Shown here in pieces: positions 25,381 through 39,776 of a stretch of DNA of 64,000 nucleotides (positions within the stretch are counted from its first letter, which is position 1; every line of letters starts with the position of its first letter). The stretch covers positions 2,322,638 through 2,386,637 of the forward strand of contig CM121341.1 in NCBI GenBank assembly GCA_051530055.1. The letters run 5' to 3'. The position numbers and the translations under genes are program-made. The notes under the pieces were generated by a model. It saw only the letters and a list, made by a program, of their open reading frames with translations, was not told where the DNA came from and searched no databases. This DNA is from Neoechinorhynchus agilis. Lineage: Eukaryota > Animalia > Acanthocephala.

Positions 25381-25545
25381 TTTGTACATTTCGTAGTTGT
25401 GCCAAGAGGAGGTCAAGTAGACTTGATCCCTAAATCTCTCTTTTTCAAGGTCAAAGGGTTCAATATCCACAATCGTCTACGATTCCTAACTAAAGGAGGT
25501 AAACTCACTGAGAGGGGTACAAACTCAAAACCGCGTATGATTCAT
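25381..25545 (+). mobile_element. Diverged copy of the tRNA-headed SINE-like family
   Basis: TTTGTACATTTCGTAGTTGTG...GGTCAAGTAGAC...GGTCAAAGGGTTCAATATCC...AAACTCACTGA aligns with 14175-14310. Confidence 0.65.
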
Positions 25546-25670
25546 TCGGTTTAAGTGTGATTTTATGCGCTTTCCTGATGTAAGAGAAAGGTGTGGGTAG
25601 CCGAATAAACTAAAAGGAAGTAAAAAAGAACCGTTAATCAATTTTTATTGACATTAAACAAAAAGCCACA

Positions 25671-26114
25671 TTACATAATGTCGTCGGATTTATACATCCA
25701 ACTCGTTTCATCATATTTCTTCATAAATTCGTTTTTTAATTTTGATGAGAAATGGCTGAGATGCGTTTTTATGAGTGCTTCCGCTTCGTGATTACGAGCT
25801 AGCGACTCACTTAGTGCACAGGGCCAATCAGGAAGCTGAACTGTAGATTGATCTTCAGTAAACTCACTGAGTGGTCCTATTTCTGAAAGAGTTTCCTCGG
25901 TGCGAACTGTTACAACATCATCATGGAATCTGCGATACCGACGTTGCTCATCAGGAGGCAAGAGCGTCGAAACGAAATGGAGCAATGGGTCAGATTCGGT
26001 AGACGATTCCACTCTGGTACGAGGATTTGTGTTAGAGAACTCTGTTGATTGAGCAGAATCTGTTATAGTGCTAGAAGATGTCGGTGCCGTGATTGGATTA
26101 ACGTTGTCGCCCAT
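25671..26114 (-). CDS. Uncharacterised 147-aa protein directly downstream of the NDR kinase gene
   Basis: Clean ORF, acceptor-like TTTTAG directly before ATG, AATAAA after the stop; no family recognised. Confidence 0.65.
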   Translation of the reverse strand: MGDNVNPITAPTSSSTITDSAQSTEFSNTNPRTRVESSTESDPLLHFVSTLLPPDEQRRYRRFHDDVVTVRTEETLSEIGPLSEFTEDQSTVQLPDWPCALSESLARNHEAEALIKTHLSHFSSKLKNEFMKKYDETSWMYKSDDIM

Positions 26115-26262
26115 CTAAAACAAACGTGGATTCACGAATACGAAGTTGAAAAAGGATCAATGCTCGATCTTGATCGCTGCATGAGTGCGTTTGCGACTTC
26201 TGTCGAAGAGAAAAATGGTGTTATTCACTAAATAAGCAAAAATAAATCCTCAGTTTTTCTAT

Positions 26263-28469
<2,207 letters not shown>

Positions 28470-29321
28470 TTATATTATTCCACTGATTCTCTAGAATTAG
28501 AGGAGCCGAAAACAGTACAAAAAAGCAAATCAAACTTCGATCTGCATATGAAACTTGAACATATATTCTAGATTTGTTTTTGTTTGCCGTGAAAAATTAG
28601 ATGAATTTGCTTGAAGATTGAACTATGAAGAAAGATTCAAATAATTTTAAACTGCCGATTAGTTTTGAATATGTGAGTTTAAAAACTTACAAGCAACATT
28701 GTGATAAACGCGTACAATCTTGTAAGCTTCCGAAACAAATCGGCAATTTAAAATAAAATCATCATTTTAATCAGATTGATTTCGGAAACACACAATCTTG
28801 AACGCGCTCATCGAGGTAAAAACATGAAAAATTCAATCTTTAAACAGAATCTGTCAAATTTTAAAAATGAAGTTGTGTCTTTGATTTCAATCGGGGGGAA
28901 TTCCAATTTATTGATAAATGCAACCTTATTAACCTCCCCGATGACTGATTTGACGAAAATTCGTACAGATTCGTCACTCTCATTGGCTTTTTATAACAGT
29001 CATTCAGCAAGCTTTTTTGTCGATCTTTTTTCTTTGACAGAAAGGAAAACGAGTTACGTCACCACATAGAAAATATATATAAAATCGCGCTCAATATACG
29101 AAAGAAACAAACGAATTTAATGCGTTTTGGAGTTTAGTCGTTTGTTGTTTCGTTTGCGATAAACCTTTAATAAGTAGTCATTTACCGCCTGTGAAGAACT
29201 CTAAACAATAATTCCAATCACATTCCCCGGTATCTCCTTACATATCGACATTTTTACTCGTATTTAATTCGATCGTTTTTCTATTGAGGGTAATTTTTGT
29301 CGATAATTTTCAGAACGAGAT

Positions 29322-30442
29322 GTAAGGAGGTGACGTCACCACATAGGGAAAATGAATTTAAAAGTGCGCTCAATATACGAAAGAAATAAGAGCAAGAACT
29401 GTAACAGGAGAACTTTTCGTTTTTGGACGCGTTTTAGTGGGTTTTTATGTCGGAGCATCAAGGAGGTGACGTCACCACATAGGGAAAATGAATTTAAAAG
29501 TGCGCTCAATATACGAAAGAAATAAGAGCAAGAACTGTAACAGGAGAACTTTTCGTTTTTGGACGCGTTTTAGTGGGTTTTTAATGGTGTTGTTGGGTAT
29601 TAATATTTTTTACTGGTAAATCTGGACGTTTGGACACGTATCCATTTGATCATTCCGAGAGTTCCTTTTTTTTAGCATTCAGATATCGTAATGTCGGAGC
29701 ATCAAGGAGGTGACGTCACCACATAGGGAAAATGAATTTAAAAGTGCGCTCAATATACGAAAGAAATAAGAGCAAGAACTGTAACAGGAGAACTTTTCGT
29801 TTTTGGACGCGTTTTAGTGGGTTTTTAATGGTGTTGTTGGGTATTAATATTTTTTACTGGTAAATCTGGACGTTTGGACACGTATCCATTTGATCATTCC
29901 GAGAGTTCCTTTTTTTTTAGCATTCAGATATCGTAATGTCGGAGCATCAAGGAGGTGACGTCACCACATAGGGAAAATGAATTTAAAAGTGCGCTCAATA
30001 TACGAAAGAAATAAGAGCAAGAACTGTAACAGGAGAACTTTTCGTTTTTGGACGCGTTTTAGTGGGTTTTTAATGGTGTTGTTGGGTATTAATATTTTTT
30101 ACTTTTAAATCTGACGTACGTTTGGACATGTATCCATTTGATCATTCCGAGAGTTCCTTTTTTTTTAGCATTCAGATATCGTAATGTCGGAGCATCAAGG
30201 AGGTGACGTCACCACATAGGGAAAATGAATTTAAAAGTGCGCTCAATATACGAAAGAAATAAGAGCAAGAACTGTAACAGGAGAACTTTTCGTTTTTGGA
30301 CGCGTTTTAGTGGGTTTTTAATGGTGTTGTTGGGTATTAATATTTTTTACTGGTAAATCTGGACGTTTGGACACGTATCCATTTGATCATTCCGAGAGTT
30401 CCTTTTTTTTTAGCATTCAGATATCGTAATGTCGGAGCATCA
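29322..30442 (+). repeat. About 4.5 tandem copies of a ~246-bp unit made of the SPF30 upstream region plus its first codons
   Basis: ATGTCGGAGCATCA near 29692, 29937, 30184 and 30429; each unit carries the palindrome GGTGACGTCACC and a poly-T-AG acceptor. Confidence 0.95.
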
Positions 30443-31232
30443 GTCGTTATCGCTCCATCGATACCGTCATCAACTTGAACAGGTAGAGCTTGCTTTGCTT
30501 GAAGAGCCCACTAACTCGGATATGCTTTCACTCAAGTCTGATCTTGAAGAAGCGATTAGGCTCACTTCGGATCTTTTGGAAGCTTCTGGTGAAGTTCAAA
30601 TTACTTCTGTAGGTTCCGTAGACGACAACAACAACAACAACGATGATGTGCAAGATCTTTTGCGTAGATGGAAATGTGGAGATCGCTGTCTAGCGATATG
30701 GTCCGGTGATAAACAGTACTATATCGAAATGGAGATGTTAGATGAAGTGTGCCATTTGGAGGGGGGGGACGGGAAAGGAACACACCAACAACTGACAGTC
30801 TCGATGAATAATGCTACTGTTGATGAAATATTCGATAAGAACGGTATGTGCACTGTTGTTTTTGACCGCTACGAAACTACTGAAATCGTTTCATTGGCTT
30901 CCTTGAAGCCCATATCGTCCACTACATCGGGCGATCTACAGTCCAAGTTGACTTTGAAACAGCAACGTAAAGCCAAACGAGAGAAGGAATTAAGACAACG
31001 AGAAGCATGGAAAAAGAAACAGGCGAAAAAACTTGAGAGAATCAAACAACTTGAAGATGCTCGAGAGGCCGAGAAGAAGCGTTGGAAGGATTTTAATCAG
31101 AAGCTGGCTAGTAAGACCTGGAAGGGGGTTGTGAGTAAATGCCTTATCAAGAAGATTGGCCCTCAGGAAGAGATTAAAGGCGTTCTTGGTACATCACAAA
31201 CGAGATTTAAAGCCAACGGATACATCAAGTGA
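30429..31232 (+). CDS. SMNDC1: Survival of motor neuron-related splicing factor 30 (Tudor domain), with an 87-nt in-frame insert in the Tudor domain
   Basis: N-terminal YRHQLEQVELALLEEP...LKSDLEEAIRLT; Tudor WKCGDRCLAIWSGD..YY/NATVDEI; EKKRWKDFN. Confidence 0.9.
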   Translation: MSEHQSLSLHRYRHQLEQVELALLEEPTNSDMLSLKSDLEEAIRLTSDLLEASGEVQITSVGSVDDNNNNNDDVQDLLRRWKCGDRCLAIWSGDKQYYIEMEMLDEVCHLEGGDGKGTHQQLTVSMNNATVDEIFDKNGMCTVVFDRYETTEIVSLASLKPISSTTSGDLQSKLTLKQQRKAKREKELRQREAWKKKQAKKLERIKQLEDAREAEKKRWKDFNQKLASKTWKGVVSKCLIKKIGPQEEIKGVLGTSQTRFKANGYIK

Positions 31233-31333
31233 CGGGTGTGTGTGGCTTTTCACTCTTAGTACATAACGAATACTGCTTTCATATCCAAAAATTTTGGTCG
31301 AAGATTTTGGTTCCGTTAGAAAAGCGCTCTCTC

Positions 31334-31334
31334 G

Positions 31335-31369
<35 letters not shown>

Positions 31370-31371
31370 GG
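31334..31371. repeat. (TTG)n microsatellite
   Basis: About 12 TTG units read directly. Confidence 0.95.
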
Positions 31372-31474
31372 TCTAACGGTAGTGTCGAAAAATCAGCGCT
31401 GAAACGAAATTTTGATTTTCTCAAGTCTTTGGGGAAAAGAAAACCCTGAGTGTGAAATATCGTTTTAGATAACG

Positions 31475-33554
31475 ATGTGGCACGAAGCTCGTCGTCATGA
31501 AAAGAAGATTCGCGGAATTATGGTTGACATAAAACGACGAGCAGAACGACGAAAAGAAAATAATGAACGAAACGTTGGCTTGTTTTCATCTAATAATTGA
31601 AAAAGAATATTCGCAAAGGCCGCCCGCAATACGACTAATTCGTTGCAAGTTTTCGGTTATGCCAGTAAAATCTATAGAACCGAAAAGAACGACCAAACTG
31701 CCAGTGAACCAAATCTGTATGAGTTTTTTTACTCATTTTTTTTACATTTTTTAAAGTGTCAATTGGAATGGAACGGATATTGATCGATTTGATATTCGAT
31801 TTCATATTGATTCAATTGATATTCACTCTGGTCCTAAAACGCTTCTTGCAAACACCGCTTCGCTGATGGGGTAGGAGTGCCATTTGTGCACTTCTTTCAA
31901 ACCAAATTTTTAGAGAAATATCGCGGTGTAATTATGAACGATATCGAATATTGATAGAAAATGAAATTAAAGGCGGTTAGATAAAACTTAAGTTTATTGG
32001 CACGAATGCAGCTTATGTGTTTAGTTACTGACGAAGTGGATGTTGTCAAGAATATTCGATCGGTGATCCACCAGTCCAAGACGTAGGAATGATTGACGCA
32101 ATCGATTTTTTTAAATTCAATTTAGCACTTTAATGCAGAACCGCCCGTCGGATGAAATTAAAAAGAATAAAAATGAAAAAAGTTAGTTTTTTTGGTCATT
32201 TTTCATGAGAATCCTTTTTTTGGAGCATTTCGACAACCAATCAATCTTCATTTCTCGACAATTAACACACTCACCACCTCCCGCCGAATTCCAGCTTTTG
32301 TCCTTCCTCGACCGTGGCCATCACGCTGGCAGCGTTGCCCCGTTGTACTGCTAGCGAGATATTTTGTTGAAGGGCAAAAGGAAAAATTGAATGATTTTTC
32401 CCCGCCACTATAATTCAACCTTCTTAAATCTTTTTTTTTAATCTTAGGTGACTGGCGAAAGACTGCAGAAGGTATAGTTGAGAAGCATAGATTATGTGAG
32501 CGAACGTGTGCCAAGTACCAGATTCCTCTGAACGACTATCATGTGTATGTCCGAGAAGTACTCTCTTTAGACTATTCAATTCTTTTAATCATAGATTTGA
32601 AGCTGAAGAAAAGCAACAGGCGACCGAATTGGATCGACAACAAAGATGCGATAACGCGAAGAAGAGCAAAGAAGTTCGTATGGTTAAATATTGTCACTAA
32701 TGAGAAATGTTTTATAGAAAGTCCGGCGTATAACAACAAATACGACCACTACTACTTTGCGTTACCCTTTGAGTTTTGCGTTGCCATTCGCTGAAAAGCA
32801 GACCATTGGATTCGAAGAGAAAATATCTAAAAGTAGCACCAAGCATCGTAAATCTTCAAAGGAAGTATTCGGTAAAGAGAGACCAATATTTATTACTAGT
32901 TATGGCGATCCTGGAATGACTTTATCTAAATCTACGACGATATCGCCTTCTCATTTACCAGATCTACCAATAATAGAAACTACGAAAAGGAATGAAGGTA
33001 TTAAGAAACTGAGGATGAATTTGATGGTCAGTGAGGACATGCCGAAGATTCGGGATGGTTTTCAGTCTGAAAAACAGGAAAAGTCAGTATGGATCGACGA
33101 TGTGTTTGGTACCATTACCATATGGGTTTTCGGTATCATTGCTTTTTGCAATTTAACTATTATTTTTGCAGGGAATCAGACGATGAGTTTAAGGAGTTTA
33201 TGGAAAATGAGAAGAAAAAAGAGTATTTGAAGCCGAGAAAAGAGCAGACGTTTACTAAAGCAGAGAAACTAAAGAAGAAAACTCAAAGTCTTTTAAGGAA
33301 ACAGGGTTAGTATTTATGTTTCGGTCAAGACGAATTTTTCTTGCTTGGATATATTTTTAGCTAGAATCGATCGAGTGGATGATAGAAGAAAACAACATTT
33401 AGAAGCAGTAGCTAAAAGAGAGCGAGAGCTGTACTTTCAGTCTCGATCGATCAAGCCAAGCAGCGATTCCAAGACACAGCGGCATTGTAGGTCAAGATCT
33501 TCTAGTCGCACACGCGATGGCAGAATACCGCGATCTCGAAGTCCGAGACGATAA
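31475..33554 (+). CDS. CLASRP: CLK4-associating SR-rich protein (SFRS16/SWAP2), multi-exon; not every exon boundary resolved
   Basis: MWHEARRHEKKIRGIMVD.KRRAERRKE at 31475, IDRFDIRFHID, CNYERYRILIEN, RS-rich C-terminus; many short GT-AG introns. Confidence 0.88.
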
Positions 33555-33830
33555 ATCGATTTTCGAAGAGCGGTTAGAGCAAAAAATCGGCGAGAGTGTG
33601 TAGCATTGCATAAATACAGCGCCATTCTGATCGCAGGTTACCGAATTTAGCCCCAATTCTTAGACTATATTAAGATAATGAAAAACCTAGAAATTGATCG
33701 CTCCACGTCGTTTGCGTTTTTTTATACCGATGAAACCTTCTCAAGATCATCTTTTTTCATTAAGTTCCGGCATTTCCTTCCATGATCTACGCTGTGACTT
33801 TAAAAATTCTCGATTCAAACAATTTTTAAG

Positions 33831-34841
33831 ATGGCAGTTTTCAAACCGTTAAGTGGACGTGTGGTTTTTTTAAGGAGGCTGCCAAATGCTTTGAGTATCG
33901 CCTTACGTCCATTGGCATCACTCACTCCTACCGAAAAAGGCCTAATGGAATTTTTCGATAATGAAAAGAATTGGGGAGCGAACTACATCGTTCATGGCAG
34001 ATCCTGGCGTAAAGAGGAAATACGATTGAAGAGTAACATCGACATACAAAAACTTTGGTTTGTTTTTTGTAATTGGATTCTGTTTTTAAGATTAGATGTA
34101 TAGGTTCGTTCTTCTTAAAGAAAGGAATATGTTATTAACGATGCAAGAAGAGTATCGGCGTCAATATGAAGTATTTCCGAACCCTGAAAGGATAGATAAG
34201 GTGTTGGTTGTTTTATGTGAATTAATATTGTTGTTTTTCATTTGTATTGTACAATCGTAGGTAGAACTAAGTATGGAAAATATCCTTGAGGTTGTTAAAG
34301 AACGAGACGTTGCCGTTAACATGCTGAACAAAGGTAGAACAGGCCTAAATTTACCCTATAAAAGGTGCCAAACAAAATTAATAAACACAAATTCTCATCA
34401 CTTCTTTAGAATTAACAAGTTTGGATTTACTCAATTGTATTTTCCTTCGGAATATCTCGTTCCGTGGTATTTAAACGGTCGATGGAAAAATCTATGGTAT
34501 TATACTAAACTTCCGGTTAATATTTCCCATTTGGTTATTTCTTTTTGTTGAAAATTTCACAGGAGTGGTCCAAGAAATACTCTCTTGATTACGCTCAAAA
34601 AGTTGGTGGTAGAAGGCGAAGGGCAATCAAGTTCATTGAGAGTATTGTTCAGCAAAAAATCAAAGAAGATCCACAAATTGATGTTGAATTTGTTCGGTCT
34701 GAGCTGACAAAAAGGTTTCCTTATTTACGCCGAATGACAACTAAAAGAATTCTACGGCGGCCACTTCCCCAAGAAACTGTGGAAGGCGATCTTTATAATT
34801 ATATTTACGATCCTGACTATGAACCCAAAATTATTCGTTGA
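33831..34841 (+). CDS. MRPL47: Mitochondrial ribosomal protein uL29m, 5 exons
   Basis: [27 protein letters not shown]|[20 protein letters not shown]|[15 protein letters not shown], joined by short GT-AG introns. Confidence 0.93.
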
Positions 34842-35655
34842 TTTCTGTAAATATAATAAAATTCTACCGTTAATCTAAAGCTTCTGTAACATTCTTTCAA
34901 AAACTACGGTCTCCATTAATTTTATGGGTTGAATAATGTTGTTTATTAGGTTTTTTTATCATTCTCTTAGAACTTTGCGATATTAATGACCGAGTAAATT
35001 TCCTATAAAAATGTTAAGACAAACGTGTTAAACAATTGGAAGTTTAACATTTAAAGCGAGCTCACTAGTTCGTTTCTCTAGTCAAAATAAATTGCGAATA
35101 CTAACGTCGTTATTAATGGAAAAATATACGCATAGCAAGTCGATGTTTGAATTATACAAACATTTTAACACAATTTTAAGTATCTATTGTATCGGGAAAG
35201 CGATGCCCAGATCGAGGTGCAGTGAAGGCACGTCAGTACCCAAAACCCGGAGATCGTCTGGTTCATCCCGATCGTCTGTATATTGCTCAAACATCGATTC
35301 GTTAATGTCGGAGGTTGCTGCAGTTATACGAAAACACAGGTTAATTTCTAAATCCCTATCAAAAGTTGAGATGGGGACGGAAGGTACTAGTATTTTCTGG
35401 GTTCAAGATCAAAAACGTTGTCATGGCGGTAAGATACAACTTTTGATATTTGTGAAATCTAACGTCCGCGATGCACAAAGGCACGAATCAATTACTTTGC
35501 GAGCAATCCGTTTTATGCGACGTGTTTAATTTAATTCAATCAATATTCAAATTTAGACGCAAGAGCGTCGAAATGAATACTTTAAGGACTAATAGTTAGT
35601 ATTTTGGATTTGTAACAAAATCGAAAAAGTAATTTGCTTTACAGCAAACAAATCA

Positions 35656-36635
35656 ATGACGACGGATACAGACTTTTTGAACGATGATATCTTTAAACGT
35701 CGTATTTGCAAGTCTTTAGAGACAATCAGAAGAAAACTTTCTACATGTAAGTCTTATTGTGACTTTGGCTTGTCCGATTAAGTACGTAAACTATTGAGAG
35801 AAAATCCTTCGAGCAGTCATCTAAAATGCATTGAGCTTGTTTCTATCGTGTGGCTCGGGTACGCGAAATAGCCATTCCGGAGATCCGGGACAACAATTCG
35901 TTACGTTTTTCGTTGATTTTAACACGTCGCTGGAAGGTAGCCTTAAGCCAAACTTTGCTTCCATAGCTCGACAAAATCCATGCCATAAAAATCTACTTCT
36001 TGAGAGTCTTTTCAAGTGTGATCCCTTTATTGTGATACAACCAAACTCCAGTCTTCATAATCGAGATAAAATAATGAAGAGCTCTAACGCTTTCGAATCT
36101 AACGGACTTGATAGACGAATTTAGTTGTGTGGTCGGTAGTTGAATCTTTCGATTCCGCTGTCTATTATCCAGCGAGGATATCCTCTTCAAAGAATAAGTA
36201 GATTGCGTGTTATAGTTGTATTTCTTAAAAATTTACAGCTTAGATTTTTCTCAATCGATATTTGAAATCTTTAGACAGATTAGTCGGACTTGTGTACGGT
36301 GGAATCCTGGGAGTCTTAGTGAATGCTTTATTTCCAAGTGGCAAACTAACAATGATAGTAAGACGAATACTTTTATGTTACGGTTAAATAAAAAAACCGT
36401 TACAGAACACGGAGGGAAGACCTTTGAGTTGGAAGCAATTTGAAGAATATTTAGCAGAACGTATTGTTCACCAAGTTAGTATTCTTTTCCACAAACGTAG
36501 ACAATTTATACGCCACTATTGTCCTCAGATACACATTGGGTTCAACAAACACTCAATATCGCAACGACGACAGCACCAGAAGCATATGAATCGGCGTTTG
36601 TACAAGCGAAGCGACTCAAAAACATCTACAAGTGA
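35656..36635 (+). CDS. Probable multi-exon gene, product unknown
   Basis: Acceptor before ATG (MTTDTDFLNDDIFKRRIC...), donor GTAAGT near 35748, last exon ...EAYESAFVQAKRLKNIYK*; internal structure unresolved. Confidence 0.3.
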
Positions 36636-37493
36636 AGGGTTTGATCGCTCAGGATGGACCAATACAGATCACAGTAATTGTTGGTGGTTCTCGTCTATTC
36701 AACGTTTGGTTATACTTTAAAACTTTTAGGTAATCTGATGGTGAGAAGAGCATTAGCCAACAACTTTCTTTTCTTAATAGGAACGGTAAGATGAATTTGT
36801 GAAGCCTTAAATGGTTGCTTGTTTTATTTAAAAATTGGTTTCCAAAGTTTTCGAGATTATTAAGTATTTTGATGGATAAAATATTGATTAGTTTAAAAAA
36901 TCAATGTTTTTTAAAATCACATTAAAAATTCCATTTATTTTTAATATGTGCAAACATAAATATCAAAATAATAATGTAAGATTAGAGTTTTAGTGTTCTA
37001 AATCGTACTCTCTCAAGCTCAAATTCTGCTTGTTTAATTCCAATTTCTCTTTTACGGCTATTTCAGCTGTTTCCCGCTGTTATTTCAGTGATTTCTTCAA
37101 TTTTCTACTATTAAAGTTTAAACTCATGCCACAAAACTAAAACAATCTTCTATTAAGAATCTTGTTCCATACCAATCAACTCATCGCCACATTGATAGTT
37201 CCGAATGTGATTTAAAAACAATTTCACCAAAGTAAGCTTAAACTAAAAGTTCACTTAACATCATTTTCCCTTCTCAAAAAAGGAGTAATAAGTTTTCAGG
37301 GTCAAACGATGATAAAAACCAAGTTTCTACTCTTATTCAGCAATTGGAAAAACTTACCCTTATCCGATCACGTCGAATTTGTGATTCCTCATCTAGCTTA
37401 AGATCAAAAAAAGGTTGGTACGAGTTTGTAAATCATTTGCACCAGTTGTTTTGCATGCGCGACTTTTCCAACCATACTTTTTGATCAAGATTT

Positions 37494-39476
37494 TTGAAGA
37501 CTTGCTCTAAAATGAAAAAAGTTACAGACATTCCGTTCTTGATAATATTTGCGTCAAATCTATTCTTTTATTCCATCATGATCGGACTTGCTTGGTACTA
37601 TGGACACGGATCAAATCAAATTCCCGTTGATTCCGATGGAAATATTTGCGGAAAAGCGACGAACGAGTTGGTTGCCACAAAACCTTTGTTGTATTTCTTT
37701 AAACCGATTAAGTGTCTCGGAGCCATGATTACCCCATTTAATTGCTATTCCACTCAAATATGCGTTGAAAAATGCCCACTTCAAGGATCCGTTGTATGTC
37801 ATTACAGTGTAAAACTTGAGAACATGACCAACTCAAACGATGATTTGCCGAAAGGCTGTACAAGTGTTAAATTTCAAACTGTTCCTTTCTACGGTAGATG
37901 TTTCCCTGATTTTTTGTTCTCATTTACATCCAAGACATTGCCGATTGTGATTTTTTGATAGTTTTTAAGTTTCTCATTCTTCACCAAAGATCACAGTCAT
38001 AACAAACAAATTAAAAATGCCGAATTTTTTCAATCTTGTAACACAATCTTTTCTCAAAACATCTTGGATATTAATTACTATTATCTACGTAGCCATAACT
38101 TCAACACTCATTTACGTTGCACTCTTAAGATATTTTGTTCGTTGGCTGATTTTCAGTTCGATTTTATCAGCACTCATCTTATCTGTTATAATGTTCATCA
38201 CCTCATTGTTTCTGGTTGTGACCGATTACAGCAGAGTAATTCAACAGACAATAATTGGAGAATTAATCGATGAACAGTTTATAAAAATCCGAAATTTACT
38301 TGTAGTGTTTATTTGTATTTCTTCTATCGCCGTAACAGTCTTAATTGGGTTATTGTTTGGTCTCCGTAATCAATTATCAACGGCCGCAATCCTTATCACC
38401 GAAGCTCACAGAGCAATCTCAAACTCTCCTTCTACGCTTAATCAAAGATTGCAAGCTGGTACTTTAAAAGGCAAACCTTGATTAAGTGAACGCTCTGTTG
38501 GCCTTTGATTCAACTAATGGTTTTAGTGTCACTGATTGTTCACTATTTGTTTGCATGTAGCCAAATGAGATCCTGGTTCGAACACTTGCCTCATCTTGGA
38601 CTATTGCCGCTTAACAATTTCATCGGAATATCCATGCAAATCAGCGTCATTCTAATCACATTTTGGCTTATCATCTACTCATTCGCCATCGAACACATTA
38701 CTCTTTGCGACCTTTTCTGCGTTCAGTATCATTCGGACGATAGAATTATGAGACTTCCATTTGGTCAACTAATCATTTCTTACAAAGACGCATTGTTGTA
38801 TCATTCCGGATCAGCTGCTCTCGGTTCTCTACTCACTAATATATTAAGTTTTTTTCGAATATTTTTGCACCTAATTGGGCAACTAGTGAGTCGGATAAAT
38901 GCTTCTGGTCGTATTGATAAACTAGTCTTGATGTTTAAAAGCTTAACCGTCTTCGTTTGTACTATCTTAGAGAGGCTGACACCAACTGCCTACATATTGG
39001 TTGCAAAGGACTCTGAAGATTTCTTACCTGCTTGCAAGAAAACATTTGAGTACATCTTTAAAAGTGCCGTACAATATCCTTTGGTTCAGACAACTGCAAC
39101 CGTTCTGGTCGTGATCATCACAACTCTTGTTTCCGGCACAACATCTACATTTTGTTATACAGTACTGATAATCGCTCCGCATATTCATCCGATTTTCTCC
39201 GTTGAACGTAATTTACTCTACGTCCCCGTAATATTAAGCGCTGCTATTTCATTCGTCATTTGCTTTGCTCTCCTGAACGTTTATTGGATTGCATTGGATA
39301 CCATGTTTATTTGTTTGGTTCAAGATCTTGAAACGAACGACGGTTCTGTGGCGAAACCGTACTCAATGAGTGAACATTTGCTCAATGCGATGACCGTTAG
39401 TCAGTTGTTGCCGGAGGAAAAACTAGAACGTGCAAGACAAAGTATTAGGCAGAAAAACCTAAAACAAAATCAGTAA
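37494..39476 (+). CDS. Choline transporter-like protein (SLC44 family); true start uncertain; inserts near 37947-37989 and 38434-38489
   Basis: TDIPFLIIF, DSDGNICG, QICVEKCP, YHSGSAALGSL, AYILVA..SEDFLPACK, ALDTMFICLVQDLETNDGS..KPYSM. Confidence 0.9.
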
Positions 39477-39776
39477 CATTTCTAATACACGCACATTTCT
39501 GTTCGCATGTCTGAATTTTGAGCTTTTCTCGAATAAAAGCTATTCTCGTTTAGATGTGGCTTCATCGATGTCGTCACCACTTTCGAAGAGTGCACTGACT
39601 TTATCAAATCAACTGTTTTCTTCAACCGAATGCGACAGTTGGAGCTTTCAACCGGCTGCTGCGGCTAATCAATTAGGGGATTGTGCATGCCAATGGACTA
39701 GTCAATCTGAGCAATACTCAAAAGTTTATTGAAAAAACTAAAAACTAAAACTAGTAAACTATGTTTTGTTCCTGCT

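Noticed and set aside
31138-31184. AATGCCTT/AAGGCGTT hairpin near the SPF30 C-terminus as an intron
   Set aside because: The encoded P.EE.KGVLGT roughly aligns to the SMNDC1 C-terminus. This also shows that hairpins of this size arise by chance, so stems alone were not accepted as evidence.
35092-35529. 145-aa ORF as a gene
   Set aside because: No recognisable motifs, alternative start codon, no supporting signals.
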